NCBI GenBank assembly: GCA_964016885.1
Contig: OZ024740.1
Span: 303,676,001 to 303,740,000 of the forward strand
From: Eledone cirrhosa
Taxonomy: Eukaryota
Direction: 5' to 3'
DNA: 64,000 nt
Positions 52,561 through 62,939 of the stretch are shown here, piece after piece. The first letter of the stretch is position 1. Each line of letters starts with the position of its first letter. Under the pieces are notes generated by a model. That model searched no databases. It was not told the DNA's origin and was given only the letters and a program-made list of their open reading frames with translations. Made by a program: the position numbers and the translations under genes.

Positions 52561-53133
52561 TATTAGGGCTGCGGTCCAATGACGGAAACCAGTGAAAAAA
52601 ATAAACGATTACCACTATCAACCTCACTAATCGTTCCACCACTATGCCACACATCCCACCTACAATGGTTTAACATAATCCCATTATTGAGGAAGACTTC
52701 AATGTGTACTACACATTCTAGTAAAAAAATAACAGTACATACTAAATAACTAACACATCCTCATACCTTACCAAGCTACATATAACAACTTCTCTGTAAA
52801 TATGCCTTTCTGCTCAATAGACATAGCCACCACAGCCGATCATCTCCGTCGATAGAAAATAAAAGACAGCCTAGGCGGAATTAGTGTTATCTTCTTTAGT
52901 TTCTCACACAAGAATACTTGGACATTTTACGTCTTCATAAGTTAAGTTAATCGCATTTGAAACATTTTTTGAAGAAAATCTTATTAAGTAACGTTTAATA
53001 ATTGCAGAAAACAAAATCAATTTGCAGACAAAATAATAACACAATAATCAGCAATATAGACACTTCTGTGGATACCTCACAGTAGATTGACGACTGGGAA
53101 ACGGATCCGCAGCTTTATACTCCATTGTACTTT

Positions 53134-53207
53134 AACATCTGACGAGCTTAGACATCTCTCCGGCTCTCACTCTATAACTAGGGCATTTTCGCTCGAAATA
53201 TCAGGTT
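53134..53207 (+). ncRNA. Degenerate hammerhead motif
   Basis: aacat-CTGACGA-gc...gctc-GAAA-TATC-aggtt; shares the cgaaatatcagg end with 3453-3492. Confidence 0.4.
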
Positions 53208-53346
53208 TATTAAATGTTTTAATGTATAAATGTATTCTTTGTTCTTCCTATTTATAACTGCACTGCCGTGTTTTTCTAAATCACTGTTATTGACTGAAAG
53301 ACAGAAAACAGACAGACAAAGAAACAGACCGATGGATAGATAGATA

Positions 53347-54580
53347 TGTTTCTTTATTAGTCACAGGGGCACAAAAGAAGGGGACAAATACAAAGGGGGA
53401 AGTTTACATACAATAAAAACGTGTAAAATGTTATCACAAATGCAATTTAAAAAATTAATCGATTTTCCCCAATAGGGGAGACAGTTTATATGGGTAACAC
53501 ATACCTCCGAAAAAATGTGCAACCCTCATCTCCAGGAGTACGAAGAGTTTGTACTCCTTTCCTCTCCTTCTCCTTTTTCTCAACCTACAGGCTGATATAG
53601 AGAGAAGGCCCATTCACTCGGGCCATTCTCGCCACTTTCACCCACCTTTCATAAAACTTGCTGGGGTACAGCACCTCTCTCTCCATCCTGATTCTTCTTC
53701 CAAAGTGGTATTTGAAAAAAAGAATCAGTTGTTGGCCGGAGAGAAAGGTGTCTGACCTCAGCCCTTTCAACCTTGTCCACCATACAACCTCTTTCGCCAT
53801 AGCTATCACACAAAGGAAAACTGCCTCTCCTTCGTTTTTGAAGGAAGGTGGCGGTTTGATCATGACAATGGACTCGGTGGTCAACCAGATTGGTCCCACC
53901 CGCGACAATAGTCGTTCTACATAGCCCCACAGGTCAGTGACGCCCGGGCAGTGTATGAATGCGTGCGCAACGGTTTCTTCGTCTCGCACGCACCTCGGAC
54001 AGATCTTTTTTGCAGGGTGCCTTCCCGGGCGCCCATGTCTGTAGAACTTGTCTCGAACTGGTAGAGCTCCTCGGTAGCACTGCCAGGCCAGGGACTTTTG
54101 GAAGTTGTCCATCGGTCCCGGGCGGAAGGTCCTACCGAACAGACTGGCCAGTTCATCTTCCTCTACGCCTAGAGTTTCACCGAGCGCGTCGTCGCACTTG
54201 CTGCGGATCAACCCTCTAGAGAATGACGAAGTGGAATCTCCACTGATCGCCGGGTTCGTCTGCCAGAGGGCTGTGAGCGCCTGAGCACATTCGATGTGCC
54301 AGTCGCCCATTTTCCTCGGTCTTTGCTTGACCCAGGACTGCAGCTCGATCAGCGAGACGAGTTGTGGGAAGGCTCGCCTCACGAACGGGGCCCACACCGG
54401 TTGTCCGTTGAGGAATACATAGAGATGCCGCAGCCTGAGCGCGTATTTGCGGATCGTCAGCCACGGCATCCCCAGCCCTCCGTTAGAAGGGTGTTGGCAG
54501 CCGATGGATCTTCTCATCAAAGGGGCCCGCCTCTTCCAAAGGAATTGGAAGAGCGCGCGCTCCATTTTGGTGACTGTTTT

Positions 54581-54581
<1 letters not shown>
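53347..54581 (-). mobile_element. Tx1/L1-group LINE copy B, 5'-truncated
   Basis: Open ORF2 C-terminus (CPRCVRDEETVAHAFIHC). The 5' end abuts (GATA)15; the 3' end abuts degenerate GACA/GATA. Confidence 0.9.
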
Positions 54582-54643
<62 letters not shown>

Positions 54644-54857
54644 TTCTTTATTTAACATAAAGGCATAAAAAGAAGGGACAAATACAAAGGGGGAGTTTAC
54701 ATACAATCGAGTAAAAAGGGTATAAAATGAAAATAATCGAAAATAACCTCAAAAGGGAGGGGACGTGATGGGGGTTGCACAGACCTCCGAAAAAGTGTGC
54801 AATCCTTTGCCCAGGGAGCACATGGAGAAGGTGCTCCCCTCTCCTTCACTTCTTTAC

Positions 54858-57800
54858 CTACAGGATGGTATACAGAGAAGGCCCATTTACACGAGCCATT
54901 CTCGCCACTATCACCCACCTTTCATAAAACTGCCTGTGGCCAAGCACCTCTCTCTCCATTCTTATCCTTCTTCCGAAGTGATATCGGAAGAAGTAGACCA
55001 GACTATGGCCAGAGAGGAAGTTTCCTGACCTCAGACCTTTCAATCGTGTCCACCAAACAATCTCTTTCAACATGGCTATTACGCACAGAAAAACCGCCTT
55101 TGCTTCCTTTGTGAAGAGGGGAGGCGGTTTGATTGTCATCACGGACTCGGCGGTCAATTGAATCGGCGCCACCCGCGACAGCAGTCGTTCGGCGTAGCCC
55201 CACAGATCAGCCACGCCCGGACATTGCACCAATGCGTGCACAACGGTTTCTTCGTGACGCACGCATCTAGGGCAAATATTTTTTGAGGGATCCCTGCCCG
55301 GGCGCCCGTGTCTGTAGAGCCTCTCTCGAACGGGTAGAGCCCCCCGGTAGCACTGCCAGGCTAGTGACTTCTGGAAGTTGTCCATTGGTCCCGGGCCGAA
55401 AGTCCTACCGAACAGGCTGGCCAGTTCGTCCTCTTCCATGTCCAGCGACTCTCCAGGGGTGTCATCGCCCCTGCTAGCCACCAGCCCTCTATAGAATGAT
55501 GAGGTGGATTCTCCACCGATGGCCTGGCCCGCTTGCCAGAGAGCCCTGAGCGCCTGAGCACACTCAGTGTGCCAGTCTCCCAGTTTTCCGGATCTTTGCT
55601 TGACCCAGGACTGCAGCTCGGTGAGCGAGACGAGTCTCGGGAAGGCTCGTTTCACGAACGTAGCCCACACCGGTTGACCAGTGAGGAATACCTGTAGGTG
55701 CCGTAGCCTTAATGCGTGCCTACGCATCATCAACCACGGCATCCCCAGCCCTCCTTTTGAAGGTTGTTGGCAGCAGATGGATCTTCTCACCATAGGAGGG
55801 CGTTTCTTCCAAAGAAATTGGAAGAGCATGCGTTCCATGGTGGTGAGTGTTTCCTTAGGGCAAGGCACGACAGTCAGGCGGTAGTAAGTGACGGACGCTA
55901 TGTAAATGTTCGCCACCTCCGCCCGGCCTTTTAGGGACAGCTTACACTTGGCCCATTTCTGGGTTAGTGCAAACACCTTGTTCGTAACCTCGTCCCAGTT
56001 CTTTTCCACCTGGAGGTCCGGTCCAAACCAGACCCCAAGCAACTTTACCGGGCCCTCCGTCCAGTGTCCGACGACACCGTCGGGAGGCATCGGTCTGCCT
56101 CTCCACGTTCCGAGTTGCAGCCCGATGGATTTTTCCCGGTTCAGTTTCGCTCCTAACAACCTTTCGTAATCCTCCAGTAAGGTACCGATCGCCTCGATTT
56201 CCGAGTCGGTCGATACCATTACTGTTACGTCATCAGCGTAGGCCGACACCGCTTTGCTCAATCCTGGTTCCAGGGGGATACCCTGCAACAACTCTAACTT
56301 CCTCAGTAAAGGCTTGAGAGTCAATACGTACAGAAGGGAGGAGAGAGGGCACCCCTGTCGAATGGATCGTGTGATTTCGAACGGCTTCGAAAGGTAGCCG
56401 TTCACCTTGATCCTAGAACAGATGTGGTTGCTATGTAAGGCAGTGATCCAGCCTCTGAAAACAGGACCGAAGCTAGCCGCCGCTAGCACCGCATCCAGGT
56501 AACCATGGTCGACCCTATCGAAGGCCTTAGATTGATCCAAGTTGATCAGGGCCCCACCGAAGCCGGGTTTGTTTCCAACCCTCTCTATGATGTATCGCAT
56601 GAGGTGGAGGTTATCGTGAATGGACCTGGATGGGATAGCACATGTCTGCGCATCTCCCACCAGGCTACCCACGACAAGCGCCAACCTCTTTGCTAACACC
56701 TTGGCCAAAATCTTTAACTCTGTGTTTAGCAGGGTTATGGGCCGAAAATTATTTATACTATCCCCCTTTTTCTCGTCCTTCCTCACCAGCGAGACTACGC
56801 CCTTGGCTACAGAACAAGGAATTCTCCCGTTCTGCTGCCAATTGCAGTAGACCGCTTCGAGGAGTTCGGAGAAGAAGACCGGCATTGCTAAATAAAGTTC
56901 GTAAGGTATACCATCGAGACCTGGAGATTTGCGTCTGCTGCATTGGCTCAGCGCATCTCCGATCTCATCAGCCGAGATTGGTCCCTCGCAGGACTCTACC
57001 TCTTCGCTCGAGAGACGCGGCAGGCCGTCGAGGTATGGACCGAAATCCACGTCCCCGCCCGGACCCTCGCCTCCCCCAAATAATCGGGCAAAGTGCCTTT
57101 GAAAGGCCTCGCACATCTGCTTAGGCTCCCGGATCACCCATCCATCCTCGTCTTGCAACGACCGGATGGTGGATCGATTTCCACTCTTAGCTTCTGTCAC
57201 GCGGGCCCAGCCAACGGCTTTGGCCCCCTCATTACCTAGAGCACGTATTTTACTTCGAATGACGCAGCCTTCGTGCTTTGCATCGAAAAACTGGTTCAAG
57301 GCCGTCCTCGATGCCAGCACTCTGGCCACATCTTCGCTCTTGATTGCCTCTTCTAATTTACCTGTTAATTCTTTCTCGTTTCTATTCCTATCGGCAGCTA
57401 ACATCTTGCTATAACTTATTGATTCTGTTCTAATCTCTCTTTTGAGAGATGCCCACCATCGGTTGTTGACGATTGCACCCCTCAACCTCTCCTTAACTAA
57501 TCTGCTAATCCGGTTTCTGTAAGTCTCTTTTGCCGGTAAAGACAAATTAAGTTTCCAGTAACCGGGACCTTGTTTATGTGTTTTCTCGAGATTGACTACG
57601 CAGGTCACTAATTTGTGATCCGTGTAGCCAACCGTGCGCATTTCTGGACAGCTTAATATGTCCCTATCCTTTCTTCTAACTAAGAATCTATCTAAGTACG
57701 ATCTAGATTGACCACTGTGGTTTCTCCAAGTCCAGGTAGGCACAGTTGGAAAATCTAGTCGATATCTATCGACCAAGTTAAAACGGTCGAGTAACCCCTT

Positions 57801-58296
57801 GAGGCTGTTACACCCCCCCTCTATTAGGACATGCTCCTGCATAGTCCCAACGTGCATCTAGGATGTCATTCCAATCCCCCGCTAGAAGCAGGGAACGCGA
57901 CGTTCCCAGAAAAGTCTCCAAACGCTGGAAGAAGTCGGGCCGTTCAGCTCCGAAAGGGGAGTAGACGGCGACCAGTCTCAAGGCCGCACCTTCACTACTG
58001 CCAACGTCTAGCACCAACAAACGACCCTCCGGGTCCGAGTGCACAACCTGTACGGCAAGACCCAGGTGTTTTTGCAGCAGTACGACAACCCTACCCCCAC
58101 CTCCAGGTTGACAGAGAGATGCATGCACCTCAAAGTCATCGAAGGTAGGGGCCAGCTGCCGCACGACGCTGATCCGAGTCTCGCAGATAACCATTACATT
58201 TATACCACATGACCTGAGGTCATTTAGAAGCTTTGCTTGCTTCCAAGTTGAGCCCAGGCCACGTGCATTCAAACATCCTACTCTTAACACATCCAT
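54858..58296 (-). CDS. LINE ORF2 (AP endonuclease, reverse transcriptase, C-terminal Zn knuckle) with one frameshift
   Basis: LNARGL, CETR, AGDWN, LDRFLV, TDHK; KSPGLDG, FRPITLLN, DQSKAFDRV, RQGCPLS, YADD; CPRC..H...C. Removing one G of the G7 at 57813-57819 restores a 1145-aa frame. Confidence 0.93.
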
Positions 58297-58356
58297 GTGG
58301 GCGGCAGAGCCAAAGGAGAGTGTAGAGACCTACCTTTCCGCTTCCCGGGGTTCGGG

Positions 58357-60354
58357 TCACACGACTTCCATGGGGTCGGGGGTGTTGGGTGAAGGGGTGT
58401 CTTGTGGTGGTGTGGGGTCGTCAGTGTGTGGTGGGGTTGGGGTGTTTGGAGTTGTGTTGGGGAGGGGAAGGGGAGGGGGAAAGCTTTTTAGTAGGACGCG
58501 GTTTATGGGTTTGACAGAGGGTGGTCCTACGTCCTCCTTAAAATCCTTTTTTAGTTTTTGGTAGAGGTTCATTGGGATCTTTATTAATTTTAAATGTGGG
58601 TAGTTTTCTGAAGAAACAAAATTTACACCTTCGGTTTGTACCGAAGGATTATTGTATATGAGTTCATTTAATTTATTATTGTTTCTGTTGATGTAAGTAT
58701 AGTGTAATGTCTTTTTTTCGGATGGTGTGAGTGTTTCGAAGAGGGGAGGGGCAGGTTTGGTTTTGTTTGTTGCTGGAGGGGTGTTTTCTGTTTTGTTGGA
58801 TTGTGTTGACATTTGGGTGGGGGTTGTTTGGCCTTGTGTGTTTTGCACATGTTTTCTTTTTTTCCTTTTAATCTGTCTGAAGGACTCCGTTTCTTCCTCC
58901 GAATTCGTTGGGTTATCTTCAGTGTTGGAGGGAAGAGGTATGTTTGCTGGTAATGTTTCCGTGTTGGTTTTCTTTGTGGGGGAGATGGATGTCACTATGT
59001 TAGACTGTGTTGTGTGTTGTGTCTGCGGTGGTTGTGTTGTTTTATTGAGTGAGGGGTTGGGTGGGCCTGTATTTTGTTTTGGGGTAATGTGTTGTGACTG
59101 TTTGTGTTGTGGTGGTGGTGTAGTTTTACTGAGGGACGGGTTGGGTGGGACTGAGTTTTGTTGTTTGTTTATCTGTTGTGGTGGTGGAGCTGGTGTTGGT
59201 AGCAGGGTTTTCTTTTTGTTGAGTTGGGGACAAGCGGCCTTCAGGTGCCCTCTGCCTGCACAGATATGACAGGACGGCCTTCTCCCCTCCACGCTAATGT
59301 TTATATACCCGTGGCCCTCTAATAGGATTTTGTCGGGTATTTGGGCGATGCGTTCAGGCTTCATTTGCACTACCACCTCTATACCTGTTCCACTGAACGC
59401 TTTGCCTGTGGTTTTCCCAATGGAAATCACGTTGTCATTCACTGGATCGATGAAGCCAGCTATGAGCCAGCAGTAGTCCACATCTGGCATCATTGCATCC
59501 AGCCATATGCGTTGAGTTCTTTTACCCATATAAGATGGATAAAAGGTAAAAATTTTCGAACGAATCGGTGACAAAGCACATTTTTTTGCCGCCGATTCGT
59601 TCTTCATAATAATTGCTAGGCTTCCATACAGTCTGTCTTTTCTTATGAAAGTGGTTTCATTAAGTACTTCTGTGAGTACTGTTTTGATATCTGCTTGAGT
59701 TGGCTGTTCAGGTTTTTTTGAAGTGTTGTTGATGGTGCGGAACACGACCGTTCGACTTTCAATGTCTTTGGTGAGTTCTTGAGGCATTTTTACCGATAAA
59801 ATACCATTCTCTCCTTCACTTATGTATTGTTTGGCGTCTGTGATTCTTCGTGCCACATCTGAAATATTTTCAGGTATATATGTCAAAGATTTCTTTGTTG
59901 TTTGTGCAAATGAAATCTTGTTGACTTTGTCGTCTGCTTTGCTTTCTGTTATGATGTTGTTTTCAAATGTTATTTTTGTGTTTGTTGTGTCTTTGTTTGT
60001 GGTATTAATATTGTCATGCAATTTTTCAAATTTTTTTTTTTCGTTGTTGGAATCCATGTCCAGATTTGTGTTTTCGTCATTTTTCTCCGCAGATTCGTCT
60101 GTTTTTATTTTATTTTTTCCTTCCTTCTCTATGACGTTAGTTGGGAAGGAAGAGGGGACTAAAGCGTGCGAGCTTACCGCTGTCCCCCCACTACTATTTT
60201 CGTTCGCTTCGTTTAACATTTCTGTCAGACGATTGAAATTTATTTTTGCCACAAAATTTTTAAAAACAGGTTTTTCACCCCTAGGAGGGGTAAAGATGAG
60301 CTGACCCACCGCCTGACAGTTCAGACGGGGGGTCAAGCTACACAATAGTATCAA
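58357..60354 (-). CDS. LINE ORF1 (CCHC Zn knuckle, Pro/Thr-rich C-half); the true start is probably an ATG near 60219
   Basis: CHICAGRGHLKAAC; homologous to the ORF1 pieces in copy D; ends 60 bp before the ORF2 ATG. Confidence 0.88.
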   Translation of the reverse strand: MILLCSLTPRLNCQAVGQLIFTPPRGEKPVFKNFVAKINFNRLTEMLNEANENSSGGTAVSSHALVPSSFPTNVIEKEGKNKIKTDESAEKNDENTNLDMDSNNEKKKFEKLHDNINTTNKDTTNTKITFENNIITESKADDKVNKISFAQTTKKSLTYIPENISDVARRITDAKQYISEGENGILSVKMPQELTKDIESRTVVFRTINNTSKKPEQPTQADIKTVLTEVLNETTFIRKDRLYGSLAIIMKNESAAKKCALSPIRSKIFTFYPSYMGKRTQRIWLDAMMPDVDYCWLIAGFIDPVNDNVISIGKTTGKAFSGTGIEVVVQMKPERIAQIPDKILLEGHGYINISVEGRRPSCHICAGRGHLKAACPQLNKKKTLLPTPAPPPQQINKQQNSVPPNPSLSKTTPPPQHKQSQHITPKQNTGPPNPSLNKTTQPPQTQHTTQSNIVTSISPTKKTNTETLPANIPLPSNTEDNPTNSEEETESFRQIKRKKRKHVQNTQGQTTPTQMSTQSNKTENTPPATNKTKPAPPLFETLTPSEKKTLHYTYINRNNNKLNELIYNNPSVQTEGVNFVSSENYPHLKLIKIPMNLYQKLKKDFKEDVGPPSVKPINRVLLKSFPPPLPLPNTTPNTPTPPHTDDPTPPQDTPSPNTPDPMEVV

Positions 60355-60469
60355 AATTAAATTTGAACTTACAAAATTTCCGCAATAAATTTGAAAAAAA
60401 CTTCTGCGCGAAGTGAATTACATCTACGCTGTAGAACAGACGACAGCTAGATTAATAGATAAATAGATT

Positions 60470-60531
<62 letters not shown>

Positions 60532-60938
60532 GAAAGGGGGAGAAAAAGAGGGAGATGTGCGTATGTATGTATATATATATATATGTGTGTGTGTCTGAAT
60601 GGAGAGATAGTGATGTAAATAGATTGAAGTATTTAGGTAGCTCCAAAAGGACGCAACTTAATGCAATAAATTTGGTCACTCGACAGAAATCAATAAAATG
60701 AGTACCACAATAAGTACTGAGTATTGATACAATTAAATATAACAGTTGACAACTGTTACCAAGGATGGCTATAGTCCAATGACTGAAACTAATATAAGAG
60801 AAAAAAGCAATAATTCAGCCTTTTTTAATATATTTCTAGTGAAAGACACTGCCTATGATTTTCAAATATTCTTGAAAATAATCAAGAATTTTGAAGAATT
60901 TAATAACATAATTAACTTTTTCATTATTATGTTGGTAA

Positions 60939-61406
60939 GGGCGGTGGATTGGAAGTATCTGTAGGGGGTTGGACGCCATGCTTTGCAGCATAGAGTTATG
61001 GTCCTTTACGTTCTGAGTTCAAATCCCGCCGAGGTTAGCTTTACCTTTCATCCTTACGGGGTCGATAAAATGAAGTACCAGTAATGCACTGGGATAATTG
61101 CTGACCTTGTGCCAAATGTAGAAACAATTATTACGTTGGTGTTTAAAGGGCGGCGGATTGGCAGACTGGGTAGATCGCTAGACAACATGCCGTTTACGTT
61201 CCGAGTTCAAATCGCACCGATGTCAGCTTTACCTTTCATCCTTATGGGGTCGATAAAATAAAGTACCAGTAATGCACTGGGGCCGATTTAATCGTCTTTC
61301 CCCTCCCCCAAAATTGCTGGCCTTGTGCCTATATAAGAAACCATTATTTTAATCGACTTACCCCTCCCCCAAAATCGCTGGCCTTGTGCCTAAATCAGAA
61401 ATCATG
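60939..61406 (+). mobile_element. Tandem pair of Meta-like SINEs, second with duplicated tail
   Basis: Consensus copies at 60939-61132 and 61148-61406. Confidence 0.8.
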
Positions 61407-61529
61407 ATCATCTTGCTGTTTTGGAACATAACTGACATAAAATTATGGTGGAAAGTGTTCTGATAAAAACATTTTAAAATGAAAAGGTTTGTATCTTTTC
61501 AGGTGGTTTGATATCAAATAAATAAAATA

Positions 61530-61576
61530 TTTCCTCCCGTTGTATTGCTGTATTACAGCAATACAACGGGAGGAAA
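61530..61576. repeat. Perfect 23-bp inverted repeat with 1-nt spacer
   Basis: tttcctcccgttgtattgctgta-t-tacagcaatacaacgggaggaaa. Confidence 0.95.
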
Positions 61577-61583
61577 CATAATA

Positions 61584-61624
61584 TCTCTGATAAATGTCAC
61601 AAGTGTGTGACGAAAGAACTCTGA
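61584..61624 (+). ncRNA. Hammerhead relic of the same family as 46742-46786 (core CTGATAA, probably inactive)
   Basis: Shares gtcac..gtgtgacGAAAgaact(c/t)tga with the Penelope copy. Confidence 0.5.
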
Positions 61625-61658
61625 AAAACTATAGATAAGATATTAATATGTAACTTAC

Positions 61659-61907
61659 CGTAGCACCTTTCAGCACAAGGAATGATAATACGACCGTCTT
61701 CACATTTTGGGAAGAAGAGTGAGCAGGTGAAGTGATATATTGCAGAGTTAGTGCAGTGATAACGCAATGCTGTGTCTAGAAATTGATCCATCATTGACAG
61801 TGCCTCTTCTTGGCTGTAAGTATTCATCTGAGCGTCCATCCGTGTCCAGTTGTACCTGTATTGTCGACATGGTTCATAACTTATTCGGTCACAGCGAGGT
61901 GACGCTG
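61659..61907 (-). CDS. Host gene exon: N-terminal part of a Frizzled cysteine-rich domain (Cys1-7)
   Basis: Encodes ASPRCDRISYEPCRQYRYNWTRM...YHCTNSAIYHFTCSLFFPKCEDGRIIIPCAERCY. Acceptor tttttgttaacag (tandem CAGCAG), donor G|gtaagt. 249 nt, phase 1-1. Confidence 0.9.
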
Positions 61908-62074
61908 CTGTTAACAAAAATAGAAAAGATGTTTCAAACACATCATGTATGAGTGATATTTATGATTATATACATACATACATACATACATATGTACACA
62001 TACACACACATATACATACACACACATACACACACACGTATGTACGTACGTACATATATACATAAACATACATA

Positions 62075-62735
62075 CATGATGATGGCTGCCCCCTCGTTAT
62101 CGAGTATGGCCTTTGCACGAAAAAAAAAAAAATAATAATAATAATAACGACAATAATAATGACAACAATAATAATAATATATATATATACGAGTATATAT
62201 ATATACGCACACACACACACAGACGATAACAATTAACAGTGCTGCGATCGAATGTGGCTTTTTAGCCCAGCCAATGATCTAAAATGTCTTTCACGGAGCT
62301 GGCAAGCAAAACATTCACTGGCAGTAGCCGGCTATGGTTGGAGTTCATGTACTTTTGCATGTCGTTTGAGGCCTCCTGCTGATTTACATTCTCTACCACA
62401 TGCTTGGCAGGCATGATGAGTAGCATCTCCAACAGCAGCCTGGTAGTCAACCACTGGTCTCACTTTATGACTGCGAAGGTGACTTTCGAGTCCAGCTTTG
62501 CTGAGGCAGAGTCTCGCACAGATGCTGCATGTCAGCACCATAGGAGGACCTTCGCTGTCTGGAAATGCAACAGTAATGCCTTTCTTCACATCCCGCTTTA
62601 CTTTCTCGTATGCGATTCGAGATGCCTCAAAGGCAACTTTCCCCTCATATACAATCTTTCTCCATTTATTACGATCAGCAATCACATTTTCCCATCTATC
62701 AGCAGAGATGTTAGCGTCTTTCAAAGAGGCTTCAT
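62075..62735 (-). mobile_element. 3' fragment of an RTE-clade LINE with two C2H2 zinc fingers
   Basis: WENVIADRNKWRK, CSICARLCLSKAGLESHLRSH, CQACGRECKSAGGLKRHAKVH; terminal cgaggggGCAGCCATCATC near 62076-62097. Confidence 0.7.
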
Positions 62736-62939
62736 ACATACATACATACATAAATCTATCTTGTTAAAGATCGAGAGACAAAATTAATAAATCGTGCAAG
62801 AATTCAATAATGAAAAGAGCAATATTTTATGATTTGGAGAGCAATGAAAAAGAGACTGGCAGAAAGAAGACGAACAAGTCAAACATACATATAGACATGC
62901 AGATAGACAGTAAAAGACAAGCAGAGAAAGACAGGGCAG

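Larger units (their letters stand above)
54643..60447 (-). mobile_element. Tx1/L1-group LINE copy A, full length (~5.8 kb)
   Basis: ORF1 + ORF2 + 3'UTR with AATAAA; (GATA)n at 54581-54643 and 60448-60531. Confidence 0.95.

Noticed and set aside
52561-52930. Possible Pif1-like helicase relic (SLGGISVIFF)
   Set aside because: A single short motif in heavily decayed sequence; not enough to call.
53585-54706. 373-aa ORF as a real fusion protein
   Set aside because: Its N-terminus is copy A's 3'UTR and (TATC)n read fortuitously in frame into truncated copy B.
51688-60304. Plus-strand ORFs overlapping the LINE copies
   Set aside because: They are antisense shadows of GC-rich LINE coding sequence with no motifs.
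62332-62751. Host C2H2 zinc-finger gene
   Set aside because: The upstream residues match an RTE ORF C-terminus, and the ORF start lies in a (CATA)n repeat.
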